A stretch of 63,444 bases of DNA, the filler included. It is 5 parts of 5 records of this genome, joined end to end, with 100 filler letters (N's around TTAATTAATTAA, not from the genome) between each part and the next. Parts side by side here need not be neighbours in the genome. Positions count along the whole stretch, not along the records: positions 25,792 to 45,976 come from SRR2962707_4888; 4 more parts are not named here. One strand, written 5' to 3'. Made by a program: the position numbers and the translations under genes. The number at the start of each line of letters is the position of its first letter. The stretch's first letter is position 1. The notes below the pieces were generated by a model that worked only from the letters and a program-made list of their open reading frames with translations, was not told the origin of the DNA and did no database searches. Shown one piece after another: positions 30,459 through 39,800 of this stretch.

Positions 30459-30631
30459 GTCAGGCTGCCGTTGTCGATACCGCTATTGCGTGACGCGCGT
30501 CTCTGACACGCCGGTCCTTCACCCCGCATGTATGTGCGACTGGGCTGATAACCACCAAACAACTGGCGAAAAACCGCCAGAAATTTCGCACCAACATTTG
30601 AGGGGGCGGTGAACCGGTCGATACCGAACAT
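30455..30631 (-). CDS. 58-aa small protein with YxPxxxYMRGxGP motif, coupled to soeA
   Basis: MFGIDRFTAPSNVGAKFLAVFRQLFGGYQPSRTYMRGEGPACQRRASRNSGIDNGSLT. Its stop overlaps the soeA start (ATGA). Confidence 0.7.
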   Translation of the reverse strand: MFGIDRFTAPSNVGAKFLAVFRQLFGGYQPSRTYMRGEGPACQRRASRNSGIDNGSLT

Positions 30632-30692
30632 GGATATGTTCTCACTTTATTGGATGTTTTAGATCAAAGACTTGGACAGTTTTTGCCAAAAG

Positions 30693-30717
30693 ATTACTCA
30701 TTAGTCTAATGAGTAAT
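30693..30717. promoter_or_regulatory. Perfect 12-1-12 palindrome in the divergent soe/LysR promoter
   Basis: ATTACTCATTAG-T-CTAATGAGTAAT. Confidence 0.7.
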
Positions 30718-30754
30718 TATTGTCATATTAATTAATTTAATTTATTGATCTAGA

Positions 30755-31642
30755 ATGACTCTGACTCAGTTGAAAATCTTTCTGACCGTTAGCGAAATGG
30801 AACACGTCACCCGCGCTGCAGAAAAGCTCGGGCTGACCCAGTCTGCCGTGTCCGCTGCCATCGCGGCACTGGAAAACCATTACGAGGTCAAACTTTTCAC
30901 CCGTGTCGGCCGCTCCATTCAGGTTTCCGAAGCGGGTGAACTGTTTTTGAGCGAAGCCCGAGCCGTGCTTGACCGCGCAGCGGCAGCAGAACGTACGCTG
31001 AGAGAGCTTGGCGGACTGACCGTCGGACATTTGGAAATCGCAGCCAGTCAGACCATAGCAAATTACTGGCTGCCGAGACGGCTGGCCTCGTTCCATGAGC
31101 AGTTCCCCGGAGTGATCCTGAATGTCTCAATCTCGAATACGAGGGAAGTTGAAAACAAGGTCGCGACCGGCGCTGCCGACATCGGTTTTGTTGAAGGGAC
31201 AACACGGGCACCGCAATTGATCCTGGATCAGGTCGATCAGGATCAGTTGGTCATGGTGACGTCTACGCAGAGAACCGACATTTCAAGTGTCATGAATGTC
31301 GATATTGCCAAAACCCCCTGGGTGATCCGTGAACCCGGATCGGGTACGCGGGAAGTTCTTGAAACCCTGGCTCAGAAAGCCGGGCTGAACTGGCATGACC
31401 TCAATATCATTCTAGAGTTGCCCAGCAATGAAGCCGTGCGTGAAGCTGTCGAAGCCGGCGCAGGCGCAACCGTGATCTCAAGACATGTCATCTCCAGTTC
31501 ATTGGAAAACGGAAAGCTTTGCCTTGTACAACTTGATGTACCGCCGCGCAGCTATCACATGGTACGGCATCGCGACCGGGTCCCGAGTGCGGCACGCCGC
31601 GCATTTGTCGAGATGATACTGGATATCAGGAAAGCCGCCTAA
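30755..31642 (+). CDS. LysR-family regulator, CysL/YeiE-like
   Basis: HVTRAAEKLGLTQSAVS, ASQTIANYWLP, REPGSGTRE, SNEAVREAVEAG. Confidence 0.92.
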   Translation: MTLTQLKIFLTVSEMEHVTRAAEKLGLTQSAVSAAIAALENHYEVKLFTRVGRSIQVSEAGELFLSEARAVLDRAAAAERTLRELGGLTVGHLEIAASQTIANYWLPRRLASFHEQFPGVILNVSISNTREVENKVATGAADIGFVEGTTRAPQLILDQVDQDQLVMVTSTQRTDISSVMNVDIAKTPWVIREPGSGTREVLETLAQKAGLNWHDLNIILELPSNEAVREAVEAGAGATVISRHVISSSLENGKLCLVQLDVPPRSYHMVRHRDRVPSAARRAFVEMILDIRKAA

Positions 31643-31646
31643 GAGA

Positions 31647-33179
31647 TCAGCTCTGACCGGCGACGTTTTTTAGAAACCGTTTCAGGAAGGCCTCTTGGCT
31701 GGCCGCGTGCAAATATTCGATCGCACAGCCAAGCATCTTGTCCTTGGCCTCGCCCACCTCAGGGCACTTCGCTTCTGCAATCCGGGGATGCGTTCCGGAA
31801 TCCTCATGACCCTGGGCGGGAATAGCCCCCGGCAGATCGGCTTCGCGGGTGGAGCCTTCTGGATTGTCGATATCCGTCTCTGAATAGATGTTGATGTCGG
31901 GCATGACGCCAAGCGCCTGGAGCGTCTGGTTGGCAGGAGAATAATACAGAGCTGTGGTCAAACGGAGCGCCCCTTCAAGCGGCATCGGCATGATGGTCTG
32001 TACAGACCCCTTGCCGAACGTGCGGCGCCCCATGATTACGGCACGGCCATGATACTGCAGGGCACTGGCCACGATTTCCGAGGCCGAAGCGGACCCCTGA
32101 TTGACCAGCACAACCATCGGCACTCCGGACAGCGCATCCCCTGGATCGGCATAAAAAGCCCGCTCATCACGGCCATTCCGGCCCTTGATGGCAACGATCT
32201 TGCCTTCATCAAGGAAGGCGTCCGCCACGATCACGGACTGGTTCAGAAGACCGCCAGGATTGTTTCTGAGGTCCACCACGACGCCCCGCAATTTCGCCCC
32301 CAATTGGTGCGTTATGTCATCCAGCGCCGCCGTGATTCCGTCACGGGTCTTTTCATTGAAGCGGGTAATGCGAATGTATCCGACATCCCCCTCGACACGG
32401 TGACGCACGGATTTCACTTCAATAATGTCACGAACAATCGTCACATCGAAATCTTCGACACCTTTGCGGCGGACCGTAATGGTTAGTGGCTCTCCGGGTT
32501 TCCCCCGCATCATGTGGACGGCGTCGCGTAGCCCCTTGCCTTTGACGGGGATGCCGTCGCAATGCGTAATCAGGTCGCCGGCAAGAATACCGGCACGCTC
32601 AGCAGGGGTGTCTTCGATCGGCGCGATGACTTTGACCAGATCGTCTTCCATGGTGATCTGTATGCCAAGCCCGCCGAACTCACCCTTGGTGTTGGCAAAA
32701 CTGTCCCGAAACTCCTCAGCATTGAGATAACTGGAATGCGGGTCCAGACCTTTCATCATCCGGTGCAGGGCGTCCTCGACAACCTTTTCGGCAGGTACGC
32801 TCCCCGGCTCGGCCTTTTCCTGCTTCACGCCCGCGATTGCTTCGTTGATAAGCTTCGTATCATCAACGTCATAGACATAATTCGCCCGAATGCGTCTGTA
32901 GGCAAAATTGAAATAATCCAGCCGTTCGCGGTCAGACGCATCATCGACGTATGTATCGTAGACCCGAGCAAACCGGTCGAGTTCGAATCTTGTTTTCTCA
33001 GGAAGCTGGGTTGTTTCCTCGTTCATCGCCATGACAACGCGGCCAATGGCGGACTGGTTCGTCACACAGGCGGTGATCCCGGAAACAACGAGCACACCCA
33101 GGACACCGGCCAGCAGCAGCTTCTGCAAACGTGCAGAGCGTTGCCGAGCCGGTTTTACCCTGGGTAAGCGTGATGGCAA
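31647..33179 (-). CDS. ctpA: S41 C-terminal processing peptidase (PDZ)
   Basis: LDPHSSYL, GEFGGLGI, DLRNNPGGLL, SASASEIVA, TFGKGSVQT. Start uncertain. Confidence 0.9.
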   Translation of the reverse strand: MPSRLPRVKPARQRSARLQKLLLAGVLGVLVVSGITACVTNQSAIGRVVMAMNEETTQLPEKTRFELDRFARVYDTYVDDASDRERLDYFNFAYRRIRANYVYDVDDTKLINEAIAGVKQEKAEPGSVPAEKVVEDALHRMMKGLDPHSSYLNAEEFRDSFANTKGEFGGLGIQITMEDDLVKVIAPIEDTPAERAGILAGDLITHCDGIPVKGKGLRDAVHMMRGKPGEPLTITVRRKGVEDFDVTIVRDIIEVKSVRHRVEGDVGYIRITRFNEKTRDGITAALDDITHQLGAKLRGVVVDLRNNPGGLLNQSVIVADAFLDEGKIVAIKGRNGRDERAFYADPGDALSGVPMVVLVNQGSASASEIVASALQYHGRAVIMGRRTFGKGSVQTIMPMPLEGALRLTTALYYSPANQTLQALGVMPDINIYSETDIDNPEGSTREADLPGAIPAQGHEDSGTHPRIAEAKCPEVGEAKDKMLGCAIEYLHAASQEAFLKRFLKNVAGQS

Positions 33180-33181
33180 AG

Positions 33182-34114
33182 TTAACCGTCCTTGTTGATC
33201 TGTTCGATCAGTTCGCCGAGAACACGTTCGGCATCGTCGTTTTCAACCTGACAGGTCCCGGCATTTTCATGCCCGCCGCCACCATACTTCAGCATCAGTT
33301 CGCCGACATTGGTCTTTGAGGTTCTGTTGGTGATCGATTTGCCGGTCGCCAGCACGGTGTTCAGCTTGTTCAGCCCCCACAGCACATGGATCGAGATATT
33401 GCACTCGGGAAACAGCGCATAAATCATGAAGCGGTTCCCGGCATAGATCATTTCTTCTTCGCGCAGGTCCAGCACCACGAGGTTTCCGTGCACCGTTGAA
33501 CAACGCTTGATCTGCTCTTTGAATTTCTCTTCGTGTTCAAAATAGAGATCAACCCGCTCCTTCACATCCGGCAGTGACACGATCTCGTCAACGGTATGAT
33601 CCCGGCAGTAATCGATCAGCTGCATCATCAACTGATAGTTGGAAATCCGGAATTCACGGAAACGGCCAAGGCCAGTCCGGCTATCCATCAGCATGTTGAG
33701 AAGATCCCACCCTGAGGGCTTGAGAATTTCCTGCTCGGAGAACTGCGCACTGTCGCCCTTGTCGACTGCGACCATCATATCCTCGGAAATCTTTGGGAAC
33801 GCTTCCTTGCCGCCATAGTAATCATAGACAACGCGGGCCGCAGAGGGCGCATCGGGGTCGATAATATGATTTTCCGGCTTTTCGCCGACGCGAATGGTTT
33901 CGCTAAGGTGATGGTCAAAGGCCAGATGGACACCTTCGACATACGGCAGGTTCGTTGTGATATCCCCATCCGAGATCAGAATTGTGCCGTCCTGCATATC
34001 TTTCGGATGCACAAATTTGATATCGTCGATAATGCCTAAATCTTTCAGAAGTACGGCACACACCAAACCGTCAAAATCGCTTCGTGTCACCAACCTGTAT
34101 GTCTTCTCGCCCAT
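33182..34114 (-). CDS. DHH-family phosphoesterase (exopolyphosphatase/nanoRNase-like)
   Basis: RSDFDGLVC, FDHH, GGGH. Confidence 0.85.
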   Translation of the reverse strand: MGEKTYRLVTRSDFDGLVCAVLLKDLGIIDDIKFVHPKDMQDGTILISDGDITTNLPYVEGVHLAFDHHLSETIRVGEKPENHIIDPDAPSAARVVYDYYGGKEAFPKISEDMMVAVDKGDSAQFSEQEILKPSGWDLLNMLMDSRTGLGRFREFRISNYQLMMQLIDYCRDHTVDEIVSLPDVKERVDLYFEHEEKFKEQIKRCSTVHGNLVVLDLREEEMIYAGNRFMIYALFPECNISIHVLWGLNKLNTVLATGKSITNRTSKTNVGELMLKYGGGGHENAGTCQVENDDAERVLGELIEQINKDG

Positions 34115-34231
34115 CCCGGGTCTCCCTGCCTATCTATTTATGAATTAAGTTCGAAAAGCTTCTAATGGATTGTGGTTCGACCCGGCATGGTATGGCAAGA
34201 GCCTATTACAAATTGTAACTTATCTGGCCAT

Positions 34232-35266
34232 TCAGCCGGCTTTAATTCCATGCCGCAGCCAAATAGCACAGGCGAATAGGACGACGGCACCGGCCTGGTG
34301 TGCTGCCGCCAATGGGATAGGAACCATCAACAGCAGCGTCGATATGCCGAGCGCAACCTGCAGAACGGCCGCCAGCAGAATACCATATGAGCGGTTTCTA
34401 GTTGTGGTGTCTGAATTTCTTGCAGCAAACCATGTCAAAATGATGACGCAGAATGTTGAGATCGCCAACCAGCGGTGGTCGAATTGCACCGTCGGGATAT
34501 CTTCAAAAAAGTTCAGGTACCAGGGTGAAAGCTGAAACCCTTCACTCGGATAGAATTCACCCATCATCAAAGGAAAGGTATTATAGATAAGCCCTGCATT
34601 CAGACCGGCCACCAATGCACCGCTGAACGCGGTCACGAAGATCAGGCATAGGCTTAAGGTAGACAGACGATACAAGGTTCTGGAAACGGCTCTGCGCTCA
34701 AGACAAAGAAGATCGAGTGCAAACCACAGCCCAAGCCCCATTATCAGAAACGCCATCATCAGATGAACGGCAAGCCGGTACTGGCTGACATCCGGATGAT
34801 CCACCAGACCGCTTTTGACCATCCACCACCCGATCCCGCCCTGAAGGCCGCCCAGAGCAAAAAGCAAGAGGAGACGGAACATCAACGGCTTTGAAACCCA
34901 GCGCTTGAAGATGAAAATGCAAAACGGCACAGCAAAGACGATGCCGATCAGCCTGCCCCATAAACGATGAAGGTATTCGAGCCAGAAAATCTCCTTGAAC
35001 TGATCCAGGCTCATCCCGCGATTGATTTTCAGGTATTCCGGAGATGTCCGATATCCATCAAACTGGGCCTGCCATGCAGCCTCGTTCAAGGGCGGCAGCC
35101 ATCCCGTCACGGGACGCCAGTCGGTCATTGAAAGTCCGGATTCAGTCAGCCGGGTAAAACCACCCAGAACGACCATGGCGAAGACCATGGCGCAGATCGT
35201 AAGCAACCATAATGCGATTATCCGGGTCGCCTTATCTGTCGGTCCATAAAATTGAGAAGCAGGCAA
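34232..35266 (-). CDS. ctaA: Heme A synthase (COX15/CtaA)
   Basis: GGFTRLTESGLSM, EYLHRLWGR, GWWMVKSGL, QFDHR, AHQ. Confidence 0.93.
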   Translation of the reverse strand: MPASQFYGPTDKATRIIALWLLTICAMVFAMVVLGGFTRLTESGLSMTDWRPVTGWLPPLNEAAWQAQFDGYRTSPEYLKINRGMSLDQFKEIFWLEYLHRLWGRLIGIVFAVPFCIFIFKRWVSKPLMFRLLLLFALGGLQGGIGWWMVKSGLVDHPDVSQYRLAVHLMMAFLIMGLGLWFALDLLCLERRAVSRTLYRLSTLSLCLIFVTAFSGALVAGLNAGLIYNTFPLMMGEFYPSEGFQLSPWYLNFFEDIPTVQFDHRWLAISTFCVIILTWFAARNSDTTTRNRSYGILLAAVLQVALGISTLLLMVPIPLAAAHQAGAVVLFACAIWLRHGIKAG

Positions 35267-35382
35267 GATTCATTCCTTGTTTCGTCTGCAAGCAGGTAGT
35301 GGATCGGACCTTGTTTGTCCATCCTTGATCCGCGATAAAACCCCGTACAGCATCTATACGGAAATTGCGGCGAACCCGATCC

Positions 35383-36147
35383 ATGAACGATAAAAATGTC
35401 ACCATTCATCCCGTCATGCTTGTCGGCGCCGGCCCCGGCGATCCCGACCTGCTGACCGTGAAGGCACACCGGCTTTTGAGCGAGGTTGACGTAATCGTCT
35501 ATGACCGGCTTGTCGCCAAGCAGATACTTGCCCTGATCCCGGAGACCACGGAACGGGTCTTCGCCGGGAAGCGGGCTTCCAACCATTATATGCCTCAGGA
35601 AGACATCAATAACCTGCTGGTCGACCTTGCCCGGGTCGGCAAGAAAGTGATGCGGCTTAAAGGCGGCGATCCATTTGTCTTCGGCCGTGGCGGTGAGGAA
35701 GCTCTGCATCTGGTCCGCAACGGTATTCCTTTCGAGGTTGTCCCCGGCATCACATCGTCCGCCGGGTGCGCGGCGTATGCCGGCATTCCGCTGACGCACC
35801 GCGGGCTGGCGCAAGGCGTTCGCTTCGTGACCGGTCACAGCAAGGGTGATGAACCCCTGGAACTTGACTGGCGCAGTCTGGCCGACCCTGAAACGACGCT
35901 GGTCGTTTACATGGGCATGTCAAACGTCAGTGAAATTGCCGGCAAACTGATCGAAAACGGTTTACCCGATGACACCCCGGTGGCTGTCATCAATATGGGC
36001 ACCCGTCCCGCTCAGAAGACCCTGATTACCAATCTGTCGGCACTGCCGGAAAGGGTCGCTCGTGCAGAAATTAAAGGCGCGACGCTTTTTGTAATCGGCC
36101 GGGTGGTGACACTCGCCGAAGAACTGTCCTGGTTCAGCAAGAAGTAA
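35383..36147 (+). CDS. cobA: Uroporphyrinogen-III C-methyltransferase
   Basis: LVGAGPGDPDLLT, RLKGGDPFVFGRGGEE, GIPLTHRG. Confidence 0.95.
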   Translation: MNDKNVTIHPVMLVGAGPGDPDLLTVKAHRLLSEVDVIVYDRLVAKQILALIPETTERVFAGKRASNHYMPQEDINNLLVDLARVGKKVMRLKGGDPFVFGRGGEEALHLVRNGIPFEVVPGITSSAGCAAYAGIPLTHRGLAQGVRFVTGHSKGDEPLELDWRSLADPETTLVVYMGMSNVSEIAGKLIENGLPDDTPVAVINMGTRPAQKTLITNLSALPERVARAEIKGATLFVIGRVVTLAEELSWFSKK

Positions 36148-36155
36148 CGACACCA

Positions 36156-36866
36156 TCATTTCAATCTGAAACCGAGTACTTTTTCTCCGGCACCACCAAT
36201 CAGGTGAACTTCCGCTGCCAAATGTCGTCGGGCACGGCTTCGTAGACTCTCTAAAATTCGGTTCCACCTATTTGACGGGAGTACGTTGAGCGGTGCTTCT
36301 ATCACAAGCCGCACTCCCCTGAAGCGAGCTTTGTCTTTCTTCGAGAGCGCTAGGAGAATACCGCTTTCTACAACAGATAAGGCCTGACTAGTAGAATACA
36401 TCATTCGAGGCCGTGCTAGCGCTACATCAAAATCAGCTTGCGGTGCTGTATCTAAAATCCCTATGAAACCGCGGCCAATACCTTTTTTCTCCATTTCCTT
36501 TGCTAGGTATACTTGTTCACGAGCCTGGGCCCCCGTAACTTCTATCCTAATTGGATTTAGATTCTCATCAGAGAAGACCCAGCAATCGGGAGTATTGTTG
36601 TCTAAGGGGAACCAAACTCGAACATTCGAAACTTCTTGGAGTCTTAGATGACGAACAATTGGACAGATTTCTGCCGCCAGTTTTTTCCATGGTTTTTTTC
36701 GACACCTAAAATCACTCAGGTCTCTTAATGATCTCTTGCGCTGGAAAAGATCGTGTAGTTTCCGTTCTAAAACATCTAGCTCGATTCCCTGTTGGCACGA
36801 CACCTCGTCATAGAGAATCCGTAGCTCCTTGTGGCCAAAAACTAGCTCGTCCTCTAATCCATCCAA
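36156..36866 (-). CDS. Low-GC hypothetical protein, possible PD-(D/E)xK nuclease fold
   Basis: 236-aa ORF filling the gap; TPDCWV...IRIEVT motif; atypical base composition. Confidence 0.55.
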   Translation of the reverse strand: MDGLEDELVFGHKELRILYDEVSCQQGIELDVLERKLHDLFQRKRSLRDLSDFRCRKKPWKKLAAEICPIVRHLRLQEVSNVRVWFPLDNNTPDCWVFSDENLNPIRIEVTGAQAREQVYLAKEMEKKGIGRGFIGILDTAPQADFDVALARPRMMYSTSQALSVVESGILLALSKKDKARFRGVRLVIEAPLNVLPSNRWNRILESLRSRARRHLAAEVHLIGGAGEKVLGFRLK

Positions 36867-36875
36867 AGCTCGAAC

Positions 36876-39800
36876 TCACATGTCCCGGTCAAGCGCCCGG
36901 GCCAGCACCATGTAGACCTTACCCATGTCGGACGACAGGAATGTCGCATGCAGCATGCTGTTGGGATCGCGTTTGGATGCTTCATCAAGCAGCATTTCGA
37001 ATTCTTCGAGATAACGTGTGACGTATTCGCGGAAGGTACTGTCTTCCTGATAGGTCTGACGAATTTGCTGCAACTTGGCACGTTCCCGGAAGCCAAGCAG
37101 TTTGCGAACGAAAATCCCCTTCTCGCCCTTGTTGAACCGACGCCAATCCTCTTCGGAGACCTGTGTCTCCAGAACACGGCTGACATCAACTGCCAATGAT
37201 TGCAGACGTTCTGAGATAAATGTCGCCTGACGGGTGAATTCCTCAAGACTGGTTTTGTCCGTACGCTCCTTGAGCGTCGCCAGCAGCGCCGAGGCCTCAT
37301 TCGACGCCGACCGCACGTCTTCGGTACGGCTGTCGAGCACCTGATTGATCTCATGGGATTTGCGGGCAACATCCGCCGTCGCCTTGGAAAGCGCATCGAC
37401 ATGCGACCTGACGGACTTGTCCCAGGCCCCGACCTTGCCAAGAGCGAGATCGGTCGTGCTGGAAAGCTCCTGGGCGCGTCTGGCCAGGGCTTCGCCAAGG
37501 GCTTCAAGACCACGTTCGGCCCGGTTATAGGTTGTCGTGAGATCCTGCAACTGGCGCCGCAACCCTTCTGTCCCGCCTTCGAGCTGCTCCACGATGGTGT
37601 CCGTACGGTCACCGGACTCATGAATTTGAGTGCGTAGGGTTTCTGCAGCACGTGTCAGCTTGGATACATTCAAATCCGCCGCCATAGACGCTTCGGAAGC
37701 GCGCTGACCAATCACCTCGCCGACACGTTCCAGACGATCCACCGCATCCTCGCTGGTGGTCTCCAGTATATTGCCGCGGTGTTTGAGGCCGTCCGTCGCT
37801 TCTTCGAGCTGGGCTGTCGCTTTACGTGCAACAATGCTGACTTCCTGGAAGCGTTCACGAAGCGCCTGCCCGAATTCGGACATCTCCTGAACCCCTCGCT
37901 GTGACGCATCGCTAAGATCACGGGCCCCGTCACGGAGTTCGGCATTCACCGTCTCAACCTGACTGGATGCTCGCTCGGCAGCCTGCAACACTTCGCCGCT
38001 GTGACGGTGAAGCGCATCGGATACCAGGCTCATCAACTGCGATGCACGATCTGCCGTCGTGCTCATTTCGTGGGACCGTGACTGCATTTCCTCGCCAACC
38101 CGGCTCAATCGTGCTGCAGCTTCATTTGAAGAATTGGTCAGTCCGGATACCTGCTGATTGAGCAGATCGGAGAAACGCTGCACGTGCGTGGTTGCTGACT
38201 CGTAGGTGCTGGTCAGGTCTTCCGAGCTTTTGTGCAGGATTTGCCCGACATCGTTCATCCGCTCGCGGGTTTTCTCCAGGGAATTGTCGAGTTCGATATG
38301 ATTCTGCCGCAAAGAACCCGAGATGCCGGCGAGATTCTCGGCAGCCCGATCCGTTGCCCCTGTTGCGGTTTCAACCTCACGCATCAGGCGGCGACCGATG
38401 TCCTCAAGCCGACTGAGCGCATCAGATGACGTCTCGCGCATCTGACTTGCACTTTTCTGCATGGCATTCGCCGTCAGCTCGACCCGGCCGGTGGCATGAT
38501 CGGCTGCCGCTGAGAGCTCATTCGTGCCTTCCTGCAGCATTTCTCCAGCATCAACGAGGCGACGGCGCACGGTTTCACTGACGGTGTCGACCTGAATTGC
38601 ACGTTCCTTGATAACATCGCCCACGCCCTCGATGTCGGCATAGGCACGGCCGGAAATTGTCCCCAGATCCTCGGACTGCCTGTGCAGCAGGTCGGTAACG
38701 AGGTTCAGCAGTTGCGCCGCGCGGTCCGACGCCTGGGCAACCTGCTGGGAACGGTTCTCCAGCACATGTCCAACCTTATCGATATCTTCTATTGCCAGGT
38801 CGGAGAGCTTGCCCAGTGTCTGGGAATTGTTGGTGAAAATCTCCGACACCGCGCCGATTTGCGCCGACGCCTGGTCGGAAGCAGACAGAAGATCGCGCAG
38901 CCGTTCGCTCAAATCCTCGCCGACCGCAACTAGGCGGGCTTTGGCGGTATTGCTGGAATGATCGATGTTTGTGGTTTCCCGACGAATGACTTCGCCGGCA
39001 TCGGCAAGAATATTTGCCGACTTGGCGGAAACAAGCGCCAGTCTGTCTGCATGGTTCTGAAGGCTCTCGCTGACCCGTTCAATCCCCTGCTCTGCCTTGG
39101 CCGAAACGGCCCCCAGCTCCAGCACCTGATCCTTCGCTTGACGGCCCAGATCGGCCATGGTCCGTTGTGCCTGTGTTGTCGTGTCGACGACCTGGCTCAG
39201 ATCCTCATGTGTCGCCCTGGCTGCTTCCGATACGCCCTCGGCACCCTGTCGAACAGCCGCCGCCCCGTGACTGAGCGCATGTGCGGCCCGTGTCACATCG
39301 GCAACGCCCTTGTCCGCGGATTGCGTCACTTCTGATACCGTATCGCTCAGCAATTCACTCAAGCGGGAGAGCCTTGCATCTGCCGTATCGGAAACGCTGT
39401 CGATATCGGCGGACCGGCGGCGCAAAGCTTCACCCGCTTCGTCCAGTCGCAGCACGCTCTGGTTCGCGGTACGCGCCATATTGCCCGCCTGTTCGCCAAG
39501 CGCTTCACCCGCTTCCGTAAACCTTTCGATAGACCGATCCGCCGTATCCTCGACCTGGTCAGAGCGGCGGCGCAGTTCTTCTCCAACCCGCGCCACTTCG
39601 CCCAAAACACGCTCGGAGATTGCTGCCAGTTCATCGGAGTCCCGACGTAACAGGTTCCCGACGTTTTCAGCACGTTCGGCCGCGGTGTCAGCTGCATCAG
39701 ACATTTCCCGCGCCTGTACCCGGAATGCTTCGCCGGTGCCACGCACGCGTTCGGTAACCTGTTGCGAGGTCACTTCAAGCTGACGGGCATCCTCACGCAA

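Noticed and set aside
30460-30645. 61-aa ORF listed in the track upstream of soeA
   Set aside because: It has a GTG start and no motif. The overlapping 58-aa frame (30455-30631) has an ATG, a recognisable motif and ATGA coupling.
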